In this document: one piece after another, positions 52,780-64,000 of the stretch
Numbering within the stretch: position 1 is the first letter of the stretch
How the letters are laid out: each line of letters opens with the position of its first letter
DNA from: Mobula hypostoma
Lineage: Eukaryota
Reading direction: 5' to 3'
DNA: 64,000 nucleotides
Assembly (NCBI RefSeq): GCF_963921235.1
Contig: NC_086119.1
Location: forward strand, 16,988,001 to 17,052,000
Made by a program: the position numbers and the translations under genes
Notes under the pieces: model-generated
The model's database searches: none
The model's input: only the letters and a program-made list of their open reading frames with translations
Told to the model about the DNA's origin: nothing

Positions 52780-53045
52780 CTGAAGCAATGAGCAATCTGC
52801 TGGAGGAACTCAGCAGGCCGAATGGCATCTGCTGCAGGGTTTCCACCTGAAATGTTGACGCAAGGCACTGCAGGTGCAGGAAACCCAGAGTGGCATGCCG
52901 GAGGAACTCGGGCGGAGGGGAATAGCCAGTCGATGTTTCGGGCTTAATCTCCTCCGTAGATGCTGCTTGAAATGTCAACAGTTCCTTTCCTCCCACAGAT
53001 GTTGCTTGATCTGCTGAGGTCCTCCAGCAGATTGTTTATTGCTCT
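52780..53045. mobile_element. Inverted Penelope-pLTR fragments in DYNLL2 intron
   Basis: CAATCTGCTGGAGGAACTCAGCAG … CTGCTGAGGTCCTCCAGCAGATTG inverted pair. Confidence 0.65.
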
Positions 53046-53514
53046 TGTCTATTGAGCTATTTCTTCATGAGGATAATTCAGCCAAGCCCGACCTCTTTCT
53101 TTCTCTTCCCACCCATCCTTATAGTTGCATACTACTGTTCCAGCTCCAACTCAAACGAAGGGGTACCGTGAACAACTGTAGCCCAAACTAACTTAAATGT
53201 GCAATTCTGGGGCCATCAAAGTAAATTAATTATTCAAGTACTTTTATGTCACCACATACAATCCTGAGATTCATTTTCTTGGCATTTACAGTAAATACAA
53301 GGAAACAATAGTATCAATGAAACATTGCACACAAAGACAAACAACTAATGTGCAAAAGACAACACACAAATGCCCTTGCACTATCCTGGATTTTGTCATT
53401 AATTGCCAAAACTTAACCTTCAGCAATTGCCACTGTATCGTTTGTGTCTTGTTCTGGGTTTGGCTATGCAGCAGGGCATGTTTGGGGGGGTGGGGAAACT
53501 ATATCGATTAATGA

Positions 53515-53673
<159 letters not shown>

Positions 53674-56623
53674 AAAGAGAAAGGGGAATAAAAATGAACT
53701 TGTGCACTGACGGCTGGAGCCACAGTCCCTTTAATGGCTAAACGGCTGCATGGACTTTATCTTCTGTGTATATGTAGCAGTAAACTTGCTTTAATGCCCA
53801 AAATGGCTTTTTCTTTCTTTTCATTGCACTGAAATGGTTAACAGTGGCCTTTGAATATTTAGGAAAAAAACCTGGGATGGTTCTACCTGAAGACCTGGAT
53901 TATTAGACTTCTATAGAAGCATTTAATTTAATTTCATTCAGAAATACATTTCATTTTTCTTCCCTTCTCCTTCCCAACACCCCATTTCCCCACCCCCCCA
54001 CCAAATCTAACCCCATCCCACATCAAATTCTTACTATTTCGAAGAGTGCAGATGTTGGGTTTAAGATACTTATTGCCATTTTTTTAAAGCTGTTTCTGAT
54101 AGCAGGAGATTGCTATTGCAGTGAATTGTATTGGCAACGTTTTTTGATTACAAAAGATTATTGGGTTTTGATTCTCCCCTGTTCTGTGGCTAAGTAAGGT
54201 TTTTTAATTTAAAAAGAAATCCGCTACATAGAAACATGAAATGGCTGGCCTGCCAGAAATGTCGAGAATGGTTTGGTTGCACCTTAAACAGGACGAAACA
54301 ATCAATTTGTTTTTCCTTGTGCTGTAATCTGCCAAATGTGGAGAAACCTTAAAATTTGTAAGATCACTGTCAAGTTTGCAACAGTCAAAAGTTGCTCTAA
54401 AATGTACAGGAGCTACTAGGCAATTTGTACATTATCCTAACTTTTCTGTTTGCATGTTGAGGAAGATTTTCACCAAACTGTTTGTGGTGTGTTTTGTCCA
54501 TTCATAATCTATTGCCCGCCCCTACTCAACCCTGGCTCATTAGAAGGTTTCAAACTGATCTTTGATATAAGCAAACTAATTAAAAATAAATGCAAGGTGC
54601 TTATATTGATTTAGTCTTCCCAAGTGACATCTAAGAAATTTAAAATGAGGAAATTTTGACTTCCCTCCCCTCTCCCCCTCCCCCCTCCCCCCCGATGTGT
54701 ATTTGTATGTACATAGCTTGTGATTAAAGCATGAAAAAGCTTCAATCCTGGTTCATGTGTCTAAGCTAATTTAATGTATTTGCCAATAAATGGAAAGTGT
54801 CAGACCTCTGTCAGTTATGGAAGTTGTCTTGTCTCTTTTGTAGCTTCTGATCCAATGTAACAATTTCCATTCTTGACCATAGTGGCTATCTTGGAGTACG
54901 TACTCAGATTTTGCTAGTGTGATTTCCCCCCCACTTATTAAAAGGGACTGTACACTATCTTTTGGGGGCAACTGCAGTCCTTAAAAAGCTTTTTTTGCAG
55001 CAACTTACTTAGCTCTAGACTAGAGGTAATTATATGCAAGGCATTAACACTATCAGCTTGTTACCCCACCCCCCCAACTGTCTTCAATCACTTGTGAGCT
55101 TGCCACTTAATGAATGTCCACCCTAAGTGATGAAATGACATTGGGTAGGTAACTTGCATATGTATTCAAGTAGTTAAAAATCAGATTCATCGTTAAAGTA
55201 AGAAATTTACGAGTTGGGATTGTTTGTCTTGAAGAATAGTGAGGAGATTAGTGTTCCTGTGCACCTATTTTACATTGTAGAGGGTATGGAAGGTATTGTC
55301 AAACACGTGGCGCATGTTTATTCCTCTGCTTTGTATTTGTTCAACCCATGAAAGACAATGATATTCCAAGGAGCATTAAACCTCTATGGTTGAGCTTAGT
55401 TTCCATAGGATTAGTTGCATAAAGAAGCTGCATAACATAATTTATCTGTATTCTGACATTGTTTAGGTTGTTTGATTTGTTCTATTAACACTTGTGTAGA
55501 TCAGGGAGAGTAATGGATTTTAACTTAAACCCTGTGGAACTCTCTTAGCTTCTGATTCACCCCCTGCCCCCCATGCATAAGTTCATTTAAGATGTTTTCT
55601 CAAATTTCAACATGTGTGTATTTCAAAGCCATCTGTATAAAGAAAATCATTACAGACCAATAAATGTTCAGTAAAATGAAGTAAGCCCAAGTCTCATCTT
55701 TTAATCTATAGGATTGGCTCTTTAAATGGTAATTTTGCCTGCCACACTTGCATCTTGTGGAGAAAGGGTTTTATAGGAATGGTAAAGGGGACATTTTTAA
55801 TGTTAATCATGAGATGTTCTCTAGTATCTTGAATGAGACTTCTTGAGAAATTGTTCCAAGTTACATTCAGAAGATAAAATAGAAATGTATTGCTGGGATA
55901 CAGGGTAAGGAGCTTTACTCTAATTTGTTCCATCTGAATTCCCCTTTATTTAAGTGTTCTAGTATGTAATATGTTGACACATCTTGAACATATTTATGAA
56001 ACTTTATTTACCGTATAATGTATGTTCAGCCAAAACTTTTCTAGTGATCTTTTTGATTAAGAGAGTAAACTTTGAGTTGGTAGTGCATGAGGGGAAAGCA
56101 GAGTGCGTTCTTCCTTGTGCTTATTAATGTGGGATTGCCTTCTGCTGGGGAAGGGTAAGTTAGCAGAGAATTACTGATGTGTTGTGGTCTGCACTAGAGA
56201 AAATCTTAACTTCAATTGCAGAATAAAACTTCGGTCAATTTCACTTTAACAATGAGGCTATTTGGAAAATGCCCGAATATTTCAAAAACATCATCCACTG
56301 TAAAAACTGCAAATTGATAAGGGGGTCAGGAGAAAGAAAAATATAATCCTATATCAACCATAATGAAGTTGGGGAGTAAAATTCCCTTCCTGAGGACCCT
56401 GTGATTCCCAAATGGCAGTCCAGGAACTGATTCGTTTGTGTGACATCAATGAAATGGTCTGGTGTAACAGCAAAGGCAGTTGAACACATTTCTACTGCAG
56501 AGAATCTACACTGGAACTAGCTCCACTCCCATCTAAGCCTTTGCAGTAGTCTTTTTTGAATTTCTTTATTTTCCTGTATATGATTGCAAAACGAATCTCA
56601 AAGTAGTATATGATGATATGTAT

Positions 56624-57887
56624 CATCATCATCATCATCATCAGGTGCCATGCCCAGTTTGAGCTTTGACTGCCATGACCCACACACTCCTGTTTCTGGT
56701 TAAGTGGATCAATTCATTGGTACTCATTTCCAGTTCTCTGGCTGCTGTCTCCATCATCATTTGTCTTTGCCTTCCTCTTGCTTTCTTCCCTTCAATCGTT
56801 CCCATAATTACCGTGCATTCTAACTTCTCTTTCCTAGTCACATGACCAATAAAGTTATATTGCCTTTTCATGATCTCATACATTATTTCTCTTTTTGTGT
56901 TTGTTCATGATATCCTTGTTAGATATTTGTTTCATCCATGATATTCTTTGCATCCTCCTCAAAAACCACATCTTTGCTGCTACAATTTATTTCCTCATGT
57001 CACTAGGTATTGTCCAACATTCTGAGCCATATAACATAACTGGATAAACATAACATTTCAGTACTCTGAGGCGGGTTGTCATGCCTAGTTTGATGTTGGT
57101 TAGTATACTCTTCATTCTCGTAAAGGTGTCTTTTTCCATTCCTATTCTTCTTTTGATGCCCATGTAGCACCTGCCATCTGATGTCACCCAGCTTCCTAAG
57201 TAGCAAAAGTTCTGTACTTGTTTTATGATTTCCCCATTTATTCTCAGCCTGCAGATAGGATTCTCCTTTTTGGATATCACCATACATAATGTCTTTTTGT
57301 AATTGATAGACCCATTTTTTGCACTTTCTTCAACAACTATATCAATTAAGTTTTGTAGTTCTTCGTCCGTACTTGCCATTAACACTGTCATTCGCATATC
57401 TGAAATTATTGGTTTTCACCGCCAACTTTGATCCCCAAGATGTCTCTTATTTTTTGTAATATTGTTTCATTGTACACATTAAACAAATCGGGCGAAAACA
57501 CACCCTTGTCTAACACCCCTCTTGATTTTCGTAAACGGATTCACTTCTCCATCTATTCTTACGGCGGCAGTTTGTTCCCAGTACAGATTTCTGATTAGGC
57601 AGAGGTCTTTTGAATCTGGATCTAGTGTTTCCTGTAATATTTCAAATAACTTATTGTGCTTCACTTTATCAAATGCTTTTGTGTAGTCGATAAAACAAAC
57701 AAATCTTTTTGCACTTGAATAGCTCGTTCTGATAGTATCCTTAACATCAATATCGCGTTTCTTGTACCTTTGTCTTTCACAAAACCATATTGTTCTTTAC
57801 CTATTTCAGTTTGTATCTTACTTTTAGCTCTTGTCATCAAAATTCTTAGAAGTATCTTGGTGATATGACTCATTAAACTTATGGTCC
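56624..57887 (-). mobile_element. 5'-truncated RTE-clade LINE with (TGA)n tail and 7-bp TSD
   Basis: Frameshifted RT 'EQYGFVKDKGTRNAI', 'IKRGVRQGC', 'FCYLGS', 'LYGSECWT', 'EGKKARGRQR'; TSD TATGTAT at 56617-56623 and 57888-57894. Confidence 0.9.
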
Positions 57888-58099
57888 TATGTATACATCA
57901 CTTTAAAGACATATTTAGCTGTATACCACTTTGATCTCTTAACACCCTAGTGCCATATGGGTGATTGCTGGGTCTATTGTATGCTAGCATAAGATGAAGA
58001 TTTATCGTGTAGTTCTCTAGGAGAGGTTCTGGGCTCAGCTGCTGAGAATTGGGAAGTGGCCCTTGATGGTACACCACAGCATTTGTTGGGTAGCTTCAC

Positions 58100-58630
58100 T
58101 CTCAGCACGAACTACTGCTAGCTAGAGATCGGGAAGCAATGCGGTGATGAGGACACTCTTGGGGTGGAGGAGCAACAACTGTATTCTGTCTAGGTAGCTT
58201 CCAACCTGATAGCATGAACATCGGTTTCTCCTGGGTAATTTTTAATGTTTTTGGTTTTTTTTCTTTTTCCCTCCTGCTTCCCTCTTCCATTTCCCACTCT
58301 AGCCTCATCTGCCTATCACCTCCCCCGGTACCTCTCCTTCCCTTCCTCCCATAGTCCGCTTTCCTCTCCTCTCAGATTCTTTCCTCTCCAGCTCTTTTCC
58401 CACCCACCTGGCTTCACCTAGCACCTTCTAGCTTGCCCCCCTTCTCCACCCACCTTTTTCTTATTCTGGCATCTTCCCCCTTCTCTTCCAGTCCTGAAGA
58501 AGGGTCTTGGACCAAAGAGTCACCGTTTATTCCTCTCCGTAGATGCTGCCTGACCTGCTGAGTTCCTCCGGCAATTTTGTGTGTGTTGCTGTGGACTTCC
58601 AACATCTGCAGAATCTCTTGCGTTTATGAG
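58100..58630 (+). mobile_element. Penelope-like 3' fragment with pLTR (mutated hammerhead)
   Basis: AGTCCTGAAGAAGGGTCTTGGACCAAAGAGTC has lost GAAA; typical pLTR tail. Confidence 0.7.
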
Positions 58631-58829
58631 AAGGTTGGCGATCAAGGAAGGCAGTTAGTAAAGGGGTCAGAGATGGGGTGACTTAAGGAGGGCAGCTGAG
58701 TGAAAGGTCATTCATCTGTGTTAATGGTGACTGTGTGGTTCGAGCATGTCTACATGTGTACAGAATGTGCAGCAGAGTCAGCTTTCCAACTGTCTTAAAC
58801 CTCCTTGCCTTTGGATCAAGCCCATAAGG

Positions 58830-58995
58830 CAGGGGTGGCCAACCTTTTACATTCCATGCGTCAATTTTTTCACTCACGAGTTCAGATGCGCCATACAACC
58901 CTTGTACCCCCATTCAATTCTTGTAAAAATATGTTAATATAGAACTCATGCGTGAAAAAATTGATGCATGGAATGTAAAAGGTTGGCCACACCTG
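58830..58995. mobile_element. hAT (Charlie-like) MITE, 166 bp
   Basis: About 54-bp TIRs CAGGGGTGGCCAACC…/…GGTTGGCCACACCTG; 8-bp TSD CCATAAGG/TCATAAGG. Confidence 0.9.
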
Positions 58996-61190
58996 TCATA
59001 AGGTATTTGGTGAGCATAGGTTATTCCATACTTACAAAACAAAGGTACTGGGATAGACACTAGTGGAAGCAAGTCATCTTTGATTCCATGCTGCTGAAAA
59101 AGATACAGTATTCCGTGCAGCCAATCTTACATTCTGCACAATTATTCAGCAAAAAAAAAATGGACATGTTTACAACTTATTTATAATAGGTGAGGTTCTG
59201 CCACAACCATTCACTTCCATTGACCTTGTGTATTCATCAGTGGACATGACATCAGTGAGAGGTGATGTCCTCGATATTCGAACATGGCACTGAACAATCC
59301 TTGCAAAATACGCCAATGGAAGCCATGATTTACGATGGCCTGACGAGCAGTAAGATCACCTTGATGGTTGGAACTCTGGTACTGAAGTTTCAGGCCACCA
59401 TTGTACGTGACTGTCATCCACCTGATCACCTTGGGTTTTGCCATCAATGGCCCAGTTATGTCATGATTGCAGCTGCTTGAAGAAAATCACTTGCCTGCTA
59501 ATATCTGGACTGGAGGGCATGACTTAGAATAGAATTTCCATTCATCTTCCCATGATTTTTAATAGAATCTTCAAATAATCCTCCTCAATCAACGTCCTGT
59601 GGATCACCGAGAGGATGAATATTCTGCAATGAGCAATTCACCTCCTAAAATAGGATGAATAAAAACTACAACAAAATTGGAAGATGTTTTGCACCACTCA
59701 GTTCATTTAATTGCACTCTGCTGACTTGGATAAATATCCCTTCTCTCATCATACTGGCTGTAGTTAATAAGATTGGCAAGGCATTCTTCAATAACTCAAC
59801 AAGGCTTCCTTCAACTTATTCCTCTGATTCTTGATTGAATCACCATTCTCAGGTGAATGTTTGATCCTCAGGTGATGAGAAGCCAGGATACTATTTGTAG
59901 TTTCAGCATTGGTAGGCTGAGTGGAATGGAAAGAAAGTCTCGTCAGATTTCTCAATCCCAGTTAATGATCACTGTGGAAAACACAACGAGGAATGTGAAG
60001 ATGAAGCTTCTATTTGAACATGTGTAAATATAATAAGATGTGGATAATCCAAGAGAACCATTCCCCTGGTATGATCTCTTTGCAGAACACCAGGGGGAAT
60101 GAGAAGAAAGAAAACTGTCATGTTTTAAAATTGATGATTTTCCTCATTTGTCCTGGGCTTACCTAGCACCTCGGCCAAAAAATTGCTCTCAATAATGTTA
60201 TCACACAGCCATCAGCAGGATGTTGAAGGGGGCTGCAGTCAAGCTATATTCTGGTCTCACACAATACCCACAATTATGGACTGAATTCTTCATGTACAAT
60301 GGGGAACAAAAACTGAAGCCGATTTTTCCCTCCGAGGTCCAGTCAGTTACATGAGCAGAGATTAGGATCAATATTGGGTCATTCTACTTTGTAGTTTACC
60401 TTCACAGTGGATGAATTGGCATTGGTATCAGAGGTTGTTTGCATATTGTTTTACACAAAATAATACAACAAAACCCACAAGGTTATGGAGGCTCACTTCT
60501 AGTTACCATGGTACCCATGCCAGAAAGATTTTAGCCTGTTTGAACTCAATAATGTTCACATCTTTTCAACAAAACTGCATGTAATTATGCTGATGTGAAA
60601 TATTAATATTTATTTCCATAACCTACAATGCATAACTACAGGAATCAAATCCATCTCAGGAGTCAGCTGTGAGTCACAGATTCTGAATTTGCAAAAATGG
60701 ATCCTATGACACTGTTAAAATATTGGAATCAGATGCAACAAAATGAAAATCTAACCATTTATGTAATTCAGTGATGATTATAAATTAATCAAAAATGACA
60801 CAAAATGCTAGAAAGCCATGATCTTAATAAATTTTGGGGCAGACTCAAAGGACCAGATGGCGTATGTCTGCTCCCAGTTCTTATTTTTAAATTTTTAAAA
60901 TACATGACTATCAGCAATTTGTTTCAACAGAAACAGTCTTTTGCATTTCTTTGTCAGAACTAAAAATTGAAAGCAATTTCTTCAGAAGACTGTGAATTTG
61001 CAATTTAAATGAAGATGCGATGGAAAATTCCCAATCTTTCAAATACTGTGAGGTTTGCAGTGCTGAGAAAGGAAAAGCTTTAAAAGATCTGGCCCCTCTT
61101 TCTAACCTTTCACGTCAAAGCTGTTCCATGTCACTTGTAATGTTCCAGTCCTTCTTCAAAATGGTAGTGCCCTGGTTGCATTAGACAGAT

Positions 61191-62191
61191 TTATAAATAT
61201 GGCACAGCATATCGGCGACTGAACACATGGAAAAACAACATTAAAAATCATTGTCTCCATCTCAAATGCTGCTAGAGTGCATTATTTAATGGAAACATGA
61301 GCAGCATGAATAAATTGTAAGAAAATGTATTAGAACATTATAAAGTTTTTTTTTGACAAGAACATGTTAATTGGCCCAACAAATCTTGCCAAATTTCTAT
61401 TCAAATTCAAATTCCTGTCGAATTGATGGTATAAATAATATCAAAAAAGGCATGTCCCATGTACGGTGTATATTATTAACAAAGTTAATTTTAGGGGAAA
61501 AATTTGGCAGTCTGTGGAAATATTCAGAACTTCGCCCAGCAAGTAAAACTTACTTATTATGAACAAACAGAATATATAGTATTTATGCTCACACATTGTA
61601 ACCAGAAAATAATTGCAATAAAATAGGACAACATATGCTGTTGTAGATCAAAATTGAATGGGCAGAAAATAATCCATAATGAGAACAGAAATAATTTAAA
61701 ATTATACGTAATTGTTATCACCGGCATCCTATGAATCAGCATTTTTATTGTATACCATTCAAAGTATACAGCAAATATTGGCCTGGTTGACCACCTAGAA
61801 ATACCGCTGGCATGCTTACGAGGAAGGTACGTTCTCCAACCAGCAGCCTGTGTTTCTTGACGAGTCCAAGAAATGTTGGGTCTGCAGAGGGATACTGCAC
61901 ACGGAGCGGCTGAGTCGGGTGGGGCACTGAGAGGGTGCACAGCCCCGGGAAGGTACGGTGCTGATTTTTAAGTAAAGAATGAACACTACTGAATCTTTTG
62001 ACTGTATGCCACTAAAAATGTAACGTTTTTATTTTATGTATATCATTATGAGTAAAGTTTATTTCTGAAATATTTTTAAAAATCACAAATGCCGGCTTCC
62101 ATCCAAGGAAAATGATTTTTCCCTATTCCCAGTCTTAAAAAGCATACTTGACCATAAAAATGTCTTTCGTAGAGTGCAAACGGCCAGCCAT
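61191..62191 (-). CDS. Candidate unannotated 3-exon 70-aa ORF (62191-62148, 61960-61820, 61218-61191)
   Basis: GT-AG introns with compatible phase-2 junctions; GC-rich 141-nt middle exon in AT-rich flanks; no homolog recognised. Confidence 0.35.
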
Positions 62192-62269
62192 TCAGAACCC
62201 CGCTTAGGTTTTATCTTTCTCCATTTGAGCAACCTATTGAGTCTCACAGACATTTAAGTTAAAAGTTAA

Positions 62270-62416
62270 AGAGAAACTCTCCGTAGCGACAGCAACTTGA
62301 CTGGGATTCCGCCGCGGGACCTGTGGTCTTTGACCCGGACGGAGTTGGTGGCTGCGTGCGTCCGTTACCATGGAGAGGAGGCCTGGTTGCAGGAAGTGAT
62401 TCAGTGCGGCAGAGTC
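62270..62416. promoter_or_regulatory. HEATR6: HEATR6 CpG promoter, possibly bidirectional
   Basis: CpG-rich; X-box-like GTAGCGACAGCAAC 62283-62296 and GTTACCATGGAGAG 62364-62377; ETS CAGGAAGTG 62390-62398. Confidence 0.65.
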
Positions 62417-62605
62417 ATGGCCGCCGAGCAGGGGCGAGGGGAGCCGGCGGCGACTTCCCACTTAGATTGTGATTTCAGCCGCTTCCGTCACAAGCTCTTC
62501 ACCATCAGGGCCTCAGACAGCGAGAACTTCAAAACTGAGCTGAACCTGGTCTTCGATCAGCTCATCTCGGAGAATTATATGAACCATTCTAGCATAAACC
62601 GCGAG
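62417..62605 (+). CDS. HEATR6: HEAT repeat-containing protein 6, first coding exon (gene continues beyond the window)
   Basis: gtcATGG Kozak; MAAEQG…KTELNLVFDQLISENY matches the HEATR6 N-terminal motif (T)EIHLLFDQLISENY as recalled; donor GAG|GTAAGG. Confidence 0.9.
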
Positions 62606-62759
62606 GTAAGGGGTTGGGAGACGTTAACCATCCATAACTAAATATAACCCTTTGCTGCCCTTCTGTTGCAGTTTGGTGGTGGTGTGGATGTACGTTATTG
62701 CATCACGAAAAGATTTTCCTGTATAGACAAAAAAGGCGCAATCGTTTGACTATTGGGAG

Positions 62760-63480
62760 ATTGGTTTGTTATTGACACATGTATAAGGTACGGTGAAAAG
62801 AACAACCTTTTTTGCATGCCGTCCATATAGATCATTTCATTACAGCGGTGCTTTGAGATAGTCCAAAGGCAAACAATAATAGAGTGCAGAATAAAGCGTT
62901 ACACTTGCAGAGAAAGTGCAGTGCAGGTAGACAATAAGGCGCAATGCAATAATGAGGTAGATTGTGAGGTCAAGAGACCATCTGATTGTACTAGGGAACC
63001 ATTCAATATCTTATAATTGTAGGGTAGAAGTGGTCCTTGAGCCTGGTGGTACGTGTTTTCAGGCTTTTACATCTTCTGCCTGATGGGAGGGGCGAAGAAG
63101 GATATTCAGGCTGGGTGGAGTTGTTGGTCACGTTGGCTGCTTTACTAAGGCAGGATGAAGTGTGGATGGAATCTGTGGAGGTGAGGCTGGTTTCCTTGAT
63201 GTGCTGAGCTGTGTCCACAATTCTCTGCAGTCTCTTGAAGTCCTGGGTAGAGCAGTTGCTTCCCAAGCCATGATACATAGTCATAGTCATACTTTATTGA
63301 TCCTGGGGGAAATTGGTATATCCAGGTAGGATGCTTTCTATGTTGCATCTATAAAGATCAGTGAGGGTCAAGGGGGACATACTGAATTTCTTTAGCATTC
63401 TGAGGAAGTAGAGGGACCATTGTGCTTTCTTTAGCTAAGGCATCCTCATGGTTAGATGAGGACAGGCTATTGGTGATCAC
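62760..63480 (-). mobile_element. Rex-Babar-like LINE 3' end in HEATR6 intron 1, carrying a ~40-bp tail of the 47522-type element (about 63277-63317)
   Basis: 'PLPSGRRCKSLKTRTTRLKDHFYPTIIR'; insert ATAGTCATACTTTATTGATCC…GGAAATTGG matches 47522-47555. Confidence 0.8.
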
Positions 63481-64000
63481 TTCTAGGAAGCTGACTCTCC
63501 TGGCAGTTATTCCCATCCAGACACATCACTTTCATCCCTCTGGTGGGATTTTCTGACCCAATTGAAGGTGAGATTTGTGACTACATTTCAAACTTATTTG
63601 TTTAGCTTTTTAGGACATCCTAAGGTGTTATAATAGAAAAAAACCTTTCCTAGACAGTGAGGGTTCACAGAATTACTGGAAAGATAATCAATCAGGGCTT
63701 TCGATAGGAAATTGAACAGGCATTTGAGAGATATGCCTTGGGATATAGCAGAAGTAACCTCACCCGCTTGGCTTCCCCGCTTCATCATTGGTAAGAAAGG
63801 ACAAAACATTGGGTGGATTACCCAGCAGCTGCCCAAGGTAAGCATCTGTTATAAGGATTCACTTCTTAGTAATAATGATTAGAGAGGCACAGACAGAATC
63901 TTTATGATTTGTCTCAACTAAAAAGCACACAAATTTACACAACCTGTGTACATACCTCCTAAGTTTCCTGACCCTCCATGAGCAATCAAAAAATAGAAAA

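Noticed and set aside
59211-59480. Opposing 78-aa and 72-aa ORFs
   Set aside because: No recognisable homology and no in-frame link to the candidate 70-aa gene; at most a non-coding terminal exon.
62297-62416. N-terminal extension of HEATR6 in the ORF track
   Set aside because: It starts at TTG in promoter sequence; the Kozak ATG at 62417 fits the known MAA- start.

Overview
This is vertebrate genomic DNA. The repeat content (Penelope-like pLTR fragments, Rex-Babar-like, CR1 and RTE LINEs, V-SINE-like elements, Tc1 and hAT MITEs) suggests a cartilaginous fish, probably a ray; that is an inference. Three conserved genes are recognisable: complete SRSF1 (minus strand, 4 coding exons, 249 aa, 15491-18009), complete DYNLL2 (plus strand, 2 coding exons, 89 aa, 51902-53673), and the first coding exon of HEATR6 (plus strand, 62417-62605). 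Each has a CpG-rich promoter. The rest is mostly decayed and often nested transposons. The most notable observations are: (1) a 101-bp insertion with a perfect 12-bp target-site duplication carrying a core-intact minimal type I hammerhead ribozyme; (2) a candidate unannotated 3-exon, 70-aa ORF head-to-head with HEATR6 behind RFX X-box-like motifs; (3) the conserved SRSF1 3'UTR unproductive-splicing module plus an in-frame alternative donor in intron 3; (4) Phe at the paralog-diagnostic residue 41 of DYNLL2. Comparisons with human sequences are from memory and need alignment to confirm. Repeat boundaries are approximate unless a TSD is given.
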